Positions 21,018-29,873 are shown, numbered from the stretch's first letter. The stretch: 64,000 nt of DNA from an uncultured virus (IMG/VR IMGVR_UViG_3300025961_000410) (IMGVR_UViG_3300025961_000410), one strand, 5' to 3'. Made by a program: numbers and translations. Notes: generated by a model not told the origin, from the sequence alone.

Positions 21018-21413
21018 TTACTTTCCATCCCAAGCTGCTGACAACTCATCTTCACATTCTTTGCTACAAACAATAGTGCTTCCACCTGGGTCTCCAGTCA
21101 GCGACTGAACTGCCCTCCAAATATCATCACCACAATTCATACAACGTCCAACCCGAACTTCATCTCCAGGGTTCCACGGTTTATACTCCCCCAGACCTGG
21201 AAACTGAATTACGGTTGGATCGACAATGGTACCATCAGGTGCTGTTAACCAACAGTGATCTCGATCTCCCCAAGCACAAAAGTAATGACCTTTTACTACT
21301 GTAAGTTCAGGAAAAACTTCCTTCATGGCTGAAGTTACCTTATGACACTGGCCATAAGCATCTTTGTACTCTTTTACGTTTTCTGAGATCCACTGTTGGT
21401 ATTTTGCTTCCAT
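21018..21413 (-). CDS. Hypothetical phage protein with transglutaminase-like C/H/D residues
   Basis: YGQC...HCWL...IVDPT plus C-terminal CMNC/VCSKEC. Confidence 0.5.
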   Translation of the reverse strand: MEAKYQQWISENVKEYKDAYGQCHKVTSAMKEVFPELTVVKGHYFCAWGDRDHCWLTAPDGTIVDPTVIQFPGLGEYKPWNPGDEVRVGRCMNCGDDIWRAVQSLTGDPGGSTIVCSKECEDELSAAWDGK

Positions 21414-21763
21414 ATTCCCTCTTTCAGAAGTCTCTCAATCTTTTCAATTCGAAGACAGATGTTTATGTAGATTCGTTTCTGTTGTAACTCATAAGCATAC
21501 TTACTTGTAGCCAATCCAGCATTTAGACGATGTCCAAATTGCATACGACTCTTTTGTGAAAGCAACCTGTTCAGCGTTCGTTTCAGCTCCACTTCTGTTC
21601 GGTTTTCATATCGCTTGTAGGTATACTCAGGATTGCTTCTAGCAAACTTCTTAATCAGCTCTGGTTGGTTAACGGTTGGTTTTCTTTTACGAACTCGTTT
21701 CCCTTTTGGTGGTAAAAACAGCTCTAGCTGAGCTGGGTTATCTGGATACTTCTTACGTTTCAC
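21374..21763 (-). CDS. Basic hypothetical protein with QLELF (clamp-binding-like) motif
   Basis: 129-aa ORF; AQLELF near the N-terminus. Confidence 0.5.
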   Translation of the reverse strand: MKRKKYPDNPAQLELFLPPKGKRVRKRKPTVNQPELIKKFARSNPEYTYKRYENRTEVELKRTLNRLLSQKSRMQFGHRLNAGLATSKYAYELQQKRIYINICLRIEKIERLLKEGIWKQNTNSGSQKT

Positions 21764-21959
21764 GAGTAGCTTCCAGAATGATCTGCACGGAGATTAATCG
21801 ACGAGTATGGCCTGTTTGAGACTTGGCATATTTTGTTGGTAGAATGCTAATCAACTTCCAGTCACCAGTGTCTGTATACATCTCAGTAGTTGAGATAGCC
21901 CTTGCCATCAAAGCATCTGTGTCTGTATCAGTTAAAGAAACCCAGTTTAACTTTTTCAT
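21753..21959 (-). CDS. Hypothetical protein
   Basis: 68-aa ORF with GAGGAG RBS. Confidence 0.55.
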   Translation of the reverse strand: MKKLNWVSLTDTDTDALMARAISTTEMYTDTGDWKLISILPTKYAKSQTGHTRRLISVQIILEATRET

Positions 21960-22135
21960 GACTCCTCAACACGGGGTTCTCCGTCGGTTTCCCATTCCAG
22001 TTCCCAACCAGCTTCTGGATCTTCGTCGTAAAGTCGAATTGCTTCTTCAGCTGCTAGACGTTCGTTTGAAGCATCTAGGATTCTGCTGAGAGTTCCAACC
22101 ACTTTGAAAGAGACTGTGAATTGTTTCTTGTCCAT
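21956..22135 (-). CDS. 59-aa acidic hypothetical protein with leaderless start (not in ORF track)
   Basis: MDKKQFTVSFKVVGTLSRILDASNE...EES*; ATG in promoter copy 4; ATGA overlap with the next gene. Confidence 0.7.
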   Translation of the reverse strand: MDKKQFTVSFKVVGTLSRILDASNERLAAEEAIRLYDEDPEAGWELEWETDGEPRVEES

Positions 22136-22169
22136 ACAAACATCATAATAATGATCTGTGGAGTTTCAA
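22133..22169 (-). promoter_or_regulatory. Conserved leaderless-type promoter, copy 4
   Basis: TTGAAA-N16-TATGAT-GTTTGT-ATG. Confidence 0.85.
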
Positions 22170-22179
22170 GTCAAGTACT

Positions 22180-22695
22180 TTATTTTGAGCAAGTTGAGCA
22201 TTCGACTTCGCCATGATCGCATCGCATGCAAGACATACGACCGTTGTCCCAATCTCCTCTACATAAAGCGCAAGTTACTTTTCGGGTATCGTTGCAAGTT
22301 TTGCAGACCTGACTCTTTATACCTAAAGCCTGTTTGATAACAGCAACTGCAGCATCCCACTTTTTAGAATTCCCTCTTGCAATTGCATTTCCTGCACTAC
22401 CACAAACCCAATTTACCGCCTCTTCTAGCTCAATGGGTAATTCCTGTTTAGCTTCTGGTGGTTTCCAGCCAGCTGACAGCGCTTCATGATACCATTCTGG
22501 TCTTTCGGAATCAAGCTTGATGATTGCTTCAATCTCTTCTTGGTTGAGAGCCTTCGAATCTTTCTCGCAAAGAAGCATTTCACCCTTGATGGTGTAACCT
22601 CTTAACCTATGCGATAGACGAATACATCCACAGTTGATGCAAAGTGCATTAGGGTTTGTGGGGTTACTGTTGGCGGGTGATGCTTTGAATTCCAT
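22180..22695 (-). CDS. Hypothetical protein with DnaJ-like CxxC repeats
   Basis: CKTC, CALC, CMRC, CSTC at the C-terminus. Confidence 0.6.
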   Translation of the reverse strand: MEFKASPANSNPTNPNALCINCGCIRLSHRLRGYTIKGEMLLCEKDSKALNQEEIEAIIKLDSERPEWYHEALSAGWKPPEAKQELPIELEEAVNWVCGSAGNAIARGNSKKWDAAVAVIKQALGIKSQVCKTCNDTRKVTCALCRGDWDNGRMSCMRCDHGEVECSTCSK

Positions 22696-22775
22696 TCAGT
22701 TTGCTCCTCTTATGAGTCCGTAAAGTAACCATACGACTGTAGTGATTCCAAGTACTATGACTAACGTTGTTAACA

Positions 22776-23066
22776 TTAATCCTCAAACTTGTAGTAGATA
22801 GTCACTACTTCTTTCGTAGTAGTCTCAACCCACTTGCCACTGAGTTTCTCAAACTCGTACTCAGTCTCTTCTTCATCATCCTCAAAAGTAAGGATGCAGC
22901 TCTTCAGATCGTTTGTATCAAATGAACTTGGTTCAGTAATCTTCTGGCCAAGTTCGTCAAAACGTTTGATAACTTCGGCAACTCTGGCTGTTGGAAAAGA
23001 ACTAAGAGTTAGTCTGCCGTCTGCAGTTTTACTTGTAGATTGTGTAAAAATTACTCGAACTTTCAT
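22776..23066 (-). CDS. Hypothetical protein
   Basis: 96-aa ORF. Confidence 0.55.
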   Translation of the reverse strand: MKVRVIFTQSTSKTADGRLTLSSFPTARVAEVIKRFDELGQKITEPSSFDTNDLKSCILTFEDDEEETEYEFEKLSGKWVETTTKEVVTIYYKFED

Positions 23067-23359
23067 TTTTGTTTGAAGTACTCTTCCAGCGCTTCTTTAA
23101 GGGATGTTTTCGAAGCCTGGTTCAAAATGTCATCGACTCTTGGGCAGGCGTTATAGCCAGCTGGTTTGGAACCAGAGTTCGTAAGTTTCGCAAACACACC
23201 ACGATGATTGTAGAAAGTTTTCGTAATGATAGATTCGTGTCGTTTGATTTCATTCTTGCTAGAGCGTTTGTTCATTTTCAAATGCTCGTAAGTTGCCATC
23301 TCGCATTCCAGCAAATACTGAAATCCTGCTATTGTGTAATTAACTTCATTGTCTTCCAT
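23063..23359 (-). CDS. Hypothetical protein with leaderless start
   Basis: ATG within promoter copy 5. Confidence 0.7.
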   Translation of the reverse strand: MEDNEVNYTIAGFQYLLECEMATYEHLKMNKRSSKNEIKRHESIITKTFYNHRGVFAKLTNSGSKPAGYNACPRVDDILNQASKTSLKEALEEYFKQK

Positions 23360-23393
23360 ACAAACATCATAATAATGATTTGCTACATTTCAA
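23357..23393 (-). promoter_or_regulatory. Conserved leaderless-type promoter, copy 5
   Basis: TTGAAA-N16-TATGAT-GTTTGT-ATG. Confidence 0.85.
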
Positions 23394-23776
23394 GTATCAG
23401 GCTTTGGAATCTTTTGAACGTTTGGTTCTTTTCCTACCCAATGGCCTTCAGCTAGAGGTTGAAATTTTGTCACATCATCTCCATGCTCAAGCCTTGCAAT
23501 TGTTAGTGTTGCTTCTGCCAACATCCTTTGCAAAGTATCAACCCGATCAAGCAGATCGAGAATAGTTTCCCTATCACAGGCTGCTACAAAATCTCGATCT
23601 GCTGGTGTAACCCAGACTACACCTGGAAAATCCTCACGACCAAGTCCTGGTATGGTTGACGGTGATCTAACTAAAGGTAAGTGGTTAACCCAGATAATGT
23701 TACCAATTATGGTTCTAGATCCTGGTGTAGCATCAGTAGCTGCTTGACGTAGCTTCACTAGCTTGTCGCTGTTCAT
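23390..23776 (-). CDS. Ead/Ea22-like phage protein
   Basis: LRQAATDATPG...DRDFVAACDRETILDLLDRVD. Confidence 0.65.
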   Translation of the reverse strand: MNSDKLVKLRQAATDATPGSRTIIGNIIWVNHLPLVRSPSTIPGLGREDFPGVVWVTPADRDFVAACDRETILDLLDRVDTLQRMLAEATLTIARLEHGDDVTKFQPLAEGHWVGKEPNVQKIPKPDT

Positions 23777-24078
23777 AGTTTCCAGATCATCCTAACAGTT
23801 TTATCATCATATCGAGTAGCTGAAGCAACTCTGCCTCGTAACGCATTCATGATTTTCTTCATGGTGGAATCGCTACAAGAAATAATCAAAGCTTTCCCGT
23901 TGGGAATAGATTCGAAAAGTGTTTCATACGCTGATAGCCTTTGTCGGTGAGCAGTTAATGGAATATCTGTAGACCCAATAATGTCGCATTCAACTCCAGG
24001 TGTGAATTTCAGAGTTCTAACGATCTTTTTTGACATCGTAATTCCTAAACGCTTGGCGTTGTAGTAAACAGTATCCAT
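23773..24078 (-). CDS. Hypothetical protein
   Basis: 101-aa ORF. Confidence 0.5.
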   Translation of the reverse strand: MDTVYYNAKRLGITMSKKIVRTLKFTPGVECDIIGSTDIPLTAHRQRLSAYETLFESIPNGKALIISCSDSTMKKIMNALRGRVASATRYDDKTVRMIWKL

Positions 24079-24080
24079 TG

Positions 24081-24443
24081 TTAGTCTTTGTTGAGCTCTT
24101 CAAGGATCGTTGCTACAGTGCCATCATCAACCCCGTATGGTTGAGAGTTTCTCCAGTCTTTGTCAACCATTTCCAGTGAAGTTACGGGAACCGCCTCTAC
24201 CAGGTCAAAAGCACTGTGAGGTTCGCATTCGATTAAATGCTCGGCCAGGTTTTTTGTGTTGGGTTCCGATTCATCCAACACTGTGTAGATGACAATTTGG
24301 TACGTTTGTTTTACCAGTTTAGCTGAGGTCTGCTTAGATTTAATATCGTCAAAATCAATGTTCCGGTGAATGGTTGGTAACTTGCTTTGAATCCTACCGG
24401 TTTCAATTCCAAGGAGTTTGTATTTCTCAGACATCGATTTCAC
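24081..24443 (-). CDS. Hypothetical protein
   Basis: 120-aa ORF; ATG at about 24434 is the more likely start. Confidence 0.55.
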   Translation of the reverse strand: MKSMSEKYKLLGIETGRIQSKLPTIHRNIDFDDIKSKQTSAKLVKQTYQIVIYTVLDESEPNTKNLAEHLIECEPHSAFDLVEAVPVTSLEMVDKDWRNSQPYGVDDGTVATILEELNKD

Positions 24444-24773
24444 TCTTTTCTGCTAGTTCTATAGCTTTGTCAAACCACTCTAAGCGCTTCTGCTCTGGTA
24501 GTGTATCACTAGTGTTTGCTATTGATGGTGGTTTTTACTAACAATCCGCTTCGGAATCGAATCTCGTAATGCATCTAGTGCTAGCTCATAGGGTCCTGGC
24601 TTGGCCTCGTTTCTATAAAACTTTCCAGATACTCTAGCTACTGCTCCAATGGTGCAAAAGCATACTGCGTCAGAGTTCATAATTCCTACAGGTTGGCCAC
24701 TTGAATCTCTGGCGTAAGTTCCTTTGGTGAATGGTAACTCTCTTGCTTTGCGAAGAATTTCTGATGCTTTCAT
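24427..24773 (-). pseudogene. Small conserved phage protein (DUF6197-like) split by a -1 frameshift at an A5 run
   Basis: MKASEILRKARE..TKGTYARD..CFCTIGAV stops at 24519; the expected C-terminus (NTSDTLPEQKRLEWFDKAIELA) continues in the -1 frame to 24427. Confidence 0.65.
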
Positions 24774-24780
24774 AATTCCT

Positions 24781-25071
24781 CTAGTTGGTGTCCATAGCAT
24801 CTAACAGAGCTAATGCTTTGCGTGCTTCAGCTTCTGTCTCTTTATAGCCAAGATTCAAAGCAAGTTCTAAGGTTGAAAGAAATCCTGTCCTTGCTAAGCT
24901 CATTAGCAATGTTTGCTGTCTGTCCTTGCAAAGCTGCAATGGCATTATCATACCACTCTGCGCAAAGCAACTATTGTTTATGTCAGCTACGAACGATTCC
25001 CAGTTGTCTGCTTTTCGCTTTTGACACTTCGGACAGATCTTCAACACTAAGGTCATGATTCTTTGTGCCAC
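24781..25071 (-). CDS. Hypothetical protein
   Basis: 96-aa ORF with CPKC. Confidence 0.5.
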   Translation of the reverse strand: MAQRIMTLVLKICPKCQKRKADNWESFVADINNSCFAQSGMIMPLQLCKDRQQTLLMSLARTGFLSTLELALNLGYKETEAEARKALALLDAMDTN

Positions 25072-25493
25072 TTCCTAAATAGGTCGAGTTTCTTAATAAG
25101 ACGATCAGATACAGAAAGCTTATTAACCTCTGTTACAAATAAGTTAGCAGCCATCAAATCTGCTAACTCTTCTTCAAGCCTGGTTCGTAGATTGGTTCCA
25201 TCCCAGTGCTGCTCGGCTCCGTAGGTCCCCATCAACTTACCTATGACTTGAAGAACCTCTCCCGCTTCTTCAACCAACTTTCCCAAGCCAGGATACACCT
25301 TACTTCCGATAGCGAAATTGCTTCCTACCGTAAGTTTACTTTCTGCTAGAGCGAATAGTGACTTACCATAATCTTGAACCCTATCTAACGCCTTCTCCGA
25401 TTCGTCCCACTTGCTTGTTGTAGTACTACCAATATTCTTTTCGAGAATTGCTAGATCTTTCACTAGGTTGTTATACAGCTCTTGTGGAGTCAT
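25053..25493 (-). CDS. MazG-like NTP pyrophosphohydrolase domain protein
   Basis: KLVEEAGEVLQVIGK and LEEELADL acidic motifs. Confidence 0.7.
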   Translation of the reverse strand: MTPQELYNNLVKDLAILEKNIGSTTTSKWDESEKALDRVQDYGKSLFALAESKLTVGSNFAIGSKVYPGLGKLVEEAGEVLQVIGKLMGTYGAEQHWDGTNLRTRLEEELADLMAANLFVTEVNKLSVSDRLIKKLDLFRKWHKES

Positions 25494-25720
25494 TTTTCAC
25501 TTTCAGCGATAAAGCAATTTTCTAGCATACCAACCAATTACAAACCCAAAGATTATAAGACCAAAAAGAAACATCCCAAGCTGTCCACCCGACATGTATG
25601 GTTTATCTGCATACGAAACGCTAGGAAACATTGTTAACGTCCTTCATCTGATTATACCTTATGTTTCTAGCCCAACTTGGTTATTTTAGCTGTATGGTTG
25701 AGAATATGCTGGTAAGGATG

Positions 25721-26016
25721 TTGACAGTGGGTTGGACTGTTCTTGAAATGCAGGTTCTTTTGTTAGAGTTTTTCGCGTACGTTCGGGGTTGGTTTTAATA
25801 GGGCTGTTAAAACGGAGGGGTTTATAGCTTTGGTTGTGAATCTAGGTCGTGAACCTGATTACTAAGATGCTTGTATACAGGTTGAAAGCCTTCGTTTGTC
25901 AGATTTCTAGCAAGACTTCTAACCTAACGTTGCTATACTAAGATGTTTGTATGCGGGTTGAAAGTTTTTAGGTGTTTGGTTGCGTTTTGTAGACCTGACT
26001 CTCAACCCACTGTCAA
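25721..26016. repeat. 14-bp inverted repeat pair in a non-coding region
   Basis: ttgacagtgggttg (25721-25734) / caacccactgtcaa (26003-26016). Confidence 0.85.
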
Positions 26017-26098
26017 TTTTGGCTCAGCGTCATTTCAAGCATCACCGGAGCTTGAAACCCCATTCTGAGTCAGACGACGACCTGACTCTCAACCCACT
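25992..26098. repeat. 20-bp direct repeat flanking nested hairpins
   Basis: gacctgactctcaacccact at 25992-26011 and 26079-26098. Confidence 0.9.
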
Positions 26099-26334
26099 CT
26101 ACGCCAACGAACTATACCATCGGAATGTAAGGGAGCATGAATGACCACCTTTCCTTTGTAACTCAGATAGCGGATAGCTAAACGTAGCTTCGCAATCTCT
26201 TTTGTGGGTGCTATTTCAAGAGTGTGCATAACGCTATTGAAGATATGTGTTTCAGTCTGCCATTCATCGGTAGACAACTGATTCAGAATAGCTTTACGAA
26301 TCTGATCTGGTTGTAGATCTTCTAGCTTGATCAT
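26089..26334 (-). CDS. Winged-helix-like hypothetical protein
   Basis: 81-aa ORF; LRLAIRYLSYKGKV wHTH-like end. Confidence 0.5.
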   Translation of the reverse strand: MIKLEDLQPDQIRKAILNQLSTDEWQTETHIFNSVMHTLEIAPTKEIAKLRLAIRYLSYKGKVVIHAPLHSDGIVRWRRVG

Positions 26335-26364
26335 TTTGCCCCAGCTTCAAGCTACGCTAAGAAC

Positions 26365-26853
26365 CTACTCAGAGTTCTCATCGTCGTGGTCATCATGATC
26401 ATCACCTTGGCTGAATACGAGGGTTTGATTCTGAACCTCCCCATCTAGCTCTTCACTAGTAACCCACTCCTCCGTCTCGTGTCCTCGCTCAACAAGACCT
26501 GACGTGTTGCCACGATCCTTAATCAGCTTCCTAGCTTCGGCTTCATCCTTAGCATAAACTACGGTACGAACAGTGATCGTAACACAACCTGTAAACTCGT
26601 AGCGTTTCTTCTTAGCCATCTTTATCCCAATAGACAACGCATGACCTTGAGCTTCTAGCTCTGAGACTGGAACCATTTCCAAATGGCTCCAAGCTGGTTC
26701 CAGAACAGTTTCTAAAAACTCTTTGCGGGTTCTAATCATTACCCGCTTGAGGTCGGATACCACCCAGCAGCCAGGCTCTCCAACGTAGTGCCTTTGCTTT
26801 TCTCCTGGGTACGGTTTGTAACGCAATACAACTAGCTCGTCAGGGTTGTCCAT
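26365..26853 (-). CDS. Hypothetical protein (possible internal start MAKKKRYEF)
   Basis: 162-aa ORF with two compositionally distinct halves. Confidence 0.55.
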   Translation of the reverse strand: MDNPDELVVLRYKPYPGEKQRHYVGEPGCWVVSDLKRVMIRTRKEFLETVLEPAWSHLEMVPVSELEAQGHALSIGIKMAKKKRYEFTGCVTITVRTVVYAKDEAEARKLIKDRGNTSGLVERGHETEEWVTSEELDGEVQNQTLVFSQGDDHDDHDDENSE

Positions 26854-26858
26854 GATGT

Positions 26859-27083
26859 TTAGCTGTTTCGATGAATATCGACCAAAGTCTTGAACATTGC
26901 TTGTAGCCCATGTTCAGTACGGTCATAGTCTTCGATATCTCGTCCATACTCTTCTGTGAACACCTCTGCTACGAACTCCTTCTCAACGGATTTGAGGCAG
27001 ACTAGAACTTCTCCTCGGCCTATGAATGAGACTAGCAGAGCGCTCGTCGGGACGTCAAAAATCGATTTGGTCTTCTTTGCCAT
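26859..27083 (-). CDS. Hypothetical protein
   Basis: 74-aa ORF with GGAG RBS. Confidence 0.6.
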   Translation of the reverse strand: MAKKTKSIFDVPTSALLVSFIGRGEVLVCLKSVEKEFVAEVFTEEYGRDIEDYDRTEHGLQAMFKTLVDIHRNS

Positions 27084-27095
27084 TGACTTCTCCGC

Positions 27096-27206
27096 TCAGA
27101 GTTTTGGTCGATCGTAGGTAATAGACAGAAATACGCGAACTCGACCCTGAGTGTCCAATCCGTATGAAAATGCTCTGTAATACCTACTTACCTTCAAATC
27201 TGCCAT
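27096..27206 (-). CDS. 36-aa peptide with leaderless start (re-called start)
   Basis: MADLKVSRYYRAFSYGLDTQGRVRVFLSITYDRPKL*; ATG in promoter copy 6. Confidence 0.6.
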   Translation of the reverse strand: MADLKVSRYYRAFSYGLDTQGRVRVFLSITYDRPKL

Positions 27207-27241
27207 ACAAACATCATAATAATGATCTTCTAACGAATCAA
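27204..27241 (-). promoter_or_regulatory. Conserved leaderless-type promoter, copy 6
   Basis: TTGATT-N17-TATGAT-GTTTGT-ATG. Confidence 0.85.
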
Positions 27242-27368
27242 GAGTTGACTCCAAAATCTTTTTGTAGCAGTCAAAATTAACATAGGTGTAAAAACGGACT
27301 AAGAACGGACTCAAACGTTTTCCAGCTATTAAAAGCTGTTTCAGTCTTTAACAGTTGTTAAACAACAT

Positions 27369-27428
27369 AGCATAACTATATTAAGAGCCATGTCATAAAC
27401 CTACTAATGACTGGTTTATAGTTATGCT
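27369..27428. repeat. Long intergenic hairpin carrying the TAATGACWGGTTTA motif
   Basis: agcataactata (27369-27380) / tatagttatgct (27417-27428) enclosing gtcat/atgac. Confidence 0.75.
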
Positions 27429-27748
27429 CCACAAGCTAACGATGCTTATATTTCCGTTTAGCGTCTCTGTGGAGTTCTACAAGGACTGTTTCATAGCTTT
27501 ACCCACTCACGAATAAAGCTTGCGACAGTACTGACAACAAATGAGATTGCTAGAATCTTTACTGCTAGCAATAGCGTCATTGCTGGCCTTTCTTCAACGT
27601 TTCTAGCTCGTCACAGAGCAGTTCACCTAAGGCTGAAGTCTCTGCTACCAACGACGTTAAACGCTGAACCTCAGCTAGTAGCCTTTGGTTCTCTTCCTCT
27701 AGCCATTTGACTTGAGCTACTAACGAATCACGCTCTCCAGCAGAAAGT

Positions 27749-28015
27749 TCAGCCATTCTGAACTAGCCCTGGACGTCGTACTGTTGGAGGCTCTTCCTCC
27801 TCGACCATCAAGCCTCCGTCGTTAACTAACGTCAGCGGATACGAAAGCTTTGGTTTGTTCAAAGCCATACGTAGTTGGCGTTGACACCTCTTAACTTCGA
27901 TGTCCGCTCGAAGCCATTCGTTAGAGTGTTGTCCATACGTGTCTAGAGCCTTGCTACGGTCGTCGCATGCTTTGCTGTACTTGGCGAATAGTTGCTGTTC
28001 TTCCGCGGTTGCCAT
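27749..28015 (-). CDS. Hypothetical protein
   Basis: 88-aa ORF with AGGA RBS. Confidence 0.6.
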   Translation of the reverse strand: MATAEEQQLFAKYSKACDDRSKALDTYGQHSNEWLRADIEVKRCQRQLRMALNKPKLSYPLTLVNDGGLMVEEEEPPTVRRPGLVQNG

Positions 28016-28589
28016 TGTCCTGTCTCCATGTTGTAGGTTGCTGAATCTTAGCTTCTAACAAGCGCTATAAGCTAAATTTAATGATGTATACAAGCATTTC
28101 AATAGACATGACGGAAATAGTTACAACGTTAGCAGTGTTATATGTAGGTTAAATTTTGTAGATAGTTGGAAGCAAACTGGAATTAGTCACAGTTTGTATG
28201 AAAATTTGTGACGTGAATTTTGCTTGGTTGAGAAATTCTCCAACCCTGGTTTTAACGGAGTTTAGTAGGTATTTCGGTATGGAGCAATGGTTGGAAATGC
28301 ATTGGACGCTGAGTTGTCGTGTAGTTTTCTTAAGCTGCCGGTGGGTTATCGTCTCCCCAACCCCTACTAACCATTTCTTTACCAATTTTTACAACCTATA
28401 ACCATTATCGAAAGTCTCTAATCAAGCTTTCAAACACCCTTTAACCTTGCTAGCAGCTCCAATTTCTAACAACGTCCAACCCCACGAAACAGTCTAGCTC
28501 CTACAAGGAACCATTAATCAACACGGTTACTAAACCAAAAGACGATTTTACTACGTCGAATCTACCTAACAGGGCTCTTTAATTACGAA

Positions 28590-28950
28590 GGAAGTTGGTT
28601 AGTGATGTTGGACAATAACTCCTAACCAACTAACAACCTACGATAGCTACTACTTATCACTTAGTACTATTACTATAGCTTAAGACATAGATGAAGACGT
28701 TGTGAAGCTCTCGTCCATCTTCTCTTTCTCAGGTGTGGATTTGTTGTGATGGAATGCATAATTGCATCTACGTAGAAATCCTCTTTGTCTCTCCTCTAAC
28801 CATTGACGCAGTTCCGTGGATCGTTCCTAACAAATTGGAAGTCAGCTACAGACTGGCTACAGGAGCATCTCTGTTAACCACTTTGTTAACTCCTTAGTCA
28901 AACTTCGTATAACGCTTGGCTTGAGTCTACAGGGAACTACAGGGACTTTT
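28590..28950 (+). ncRNA. Candidate structured non-coding RNA (unassigned)
   Basis: No credible ORF; series of hairpins plus a closed multi-branch domain (28810-28938) whose stems need G-U pairs on the plus strand. Confidence 0.4.
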
Positions 28951-29160
28951 TGGACCAAGTTCGACGTTACGTTTCTAACCAGCTTGTCAATAACAGACAG
29001 AAGGCAAAAAGATCTAAAAGACAGTGCCCTACCAAACCTTCTAGCATCAATCTTTTAAAGACTATCAACGCCCATAAGAAATACGCAATAAATGATCCCC
29101 ATTCAATTAGCATAGCTATCTTTTTATTTGCTCTTAGCAAAATCGATTGGCATATCTCAC

Positions 29161-29400
29161 TTAAACCCATACTGCTGTAACCTCAAAGTAGAACCAAGGT
29201 TGATCGTTTGGATGATCTAGGGGATTAAATGTAGCACTCTTTGCAAAGCACCAATGGTTCCAGACGATTATCTTTGGCAAGTTCTCATCTTCTACATCAG
29301 GTATTTCTACTACAGCTACTGGGTTGCCTACAGCAGTGCGGAGATCAATTAGCCTCATTGGAACCTTCTTATGCATCATCACCCAGTCATTGTCGCTCAT
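29161..29400 (-). CDS. Hypothetical protein
   Basis: 79-aa ORF with GAGG RBS. Confidence 0.55.
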   Translation of the reverse strand: MSDNDWVMMHKKVPMRLIDLRTAVGNPVAVVEIPDVEDENLPKIIVWNHWCFAKSATFNPLDHPNDQPWFYFEVTAVWV

Positions 29401-29873
29401 TGGTACCTCATTGCCAGGTAAGCTTCTTCACGCTTTTTAGCACGAGTCTTTGTCGCCTCATCAACTTCAAGATACGGGGTTGTATCACTGCAAGTTTTGC
29501 AACGTTGCAAATTTCCCTGGTAGACATAACCATTAACCATTGGCTTTAGGCATTGGTCACAGATAGGAAACGCTTGCTTTGCATCCTTTATCAGCGCTTT
29601 TAGCTGCTCTTCAGATAGCTTTCGATACTTACGCCTAACACGATCTAGCCAGACAGCTTGGCTGCAGCAACTATGAAACGTCTTCTTCTCTATTGTCCGG
29701 TTTCTATAAAAGATATGCCCATACCACTCATCGTTAGAGCCATATCCCTTAGCAAATCTACAATCAATTCTTACCTTGTTCTTCAGTCTGGTTATCATCT
29801 TTTTGCCAATCCTGCCCAGCATTGAATTGTCAGTGTTGTCCAAGCAAAACAGATTAGTGAGCAGACTACGCAT
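29397..29873 (-). CDS. Hypothetical Zn-binding protein (start probably MITRLK)
   Basis: CDQC...CKTC. Confidence 0.5.
   Translation of the reverse strand: MRSLLTNLFCLDNTDNSMLGRIGKKMITRLKNKVRIDCRFAKGYGSNDEWYGHIFYRNRTIEKKTFHSCCSQAVWLDRVRRKYRKLSEEQLKALIKDAKQAFPICDQCLKPMVNGYVYQGNLQRCKTCSDTTPYLEVDEATKTRAKKREEAYLAMRYQ

Noticed and set aside
25992..26098. 20-bp direct repeat as a mini-CRISPR or att site
   Set aside because: Only two copies with a 67-nt structured interval; no cas or integrase in the window
26365..26853. Possible fusion of two genes by a lost stop
   Set aside because: The internal MAKKK start is suggestive, but no independent evidence for an indel is visible
9979..27226. 23-nt repeat as a CRISPR array
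   Set aside because: Copies are kilobases apart, each fused to a start codon; no spacers or cas genes
28149..28385. 78-aa minus-strand ORF (likewise 28967..29170)
   Set aside because: No convincing RBS or coupling and atypical composition; treated as doubtful
28841..28900. gctacagactgg resembling a group I intron P7 element
   Set aside because: No convincing partner element, no interrupted host gene and no homing endonuclease
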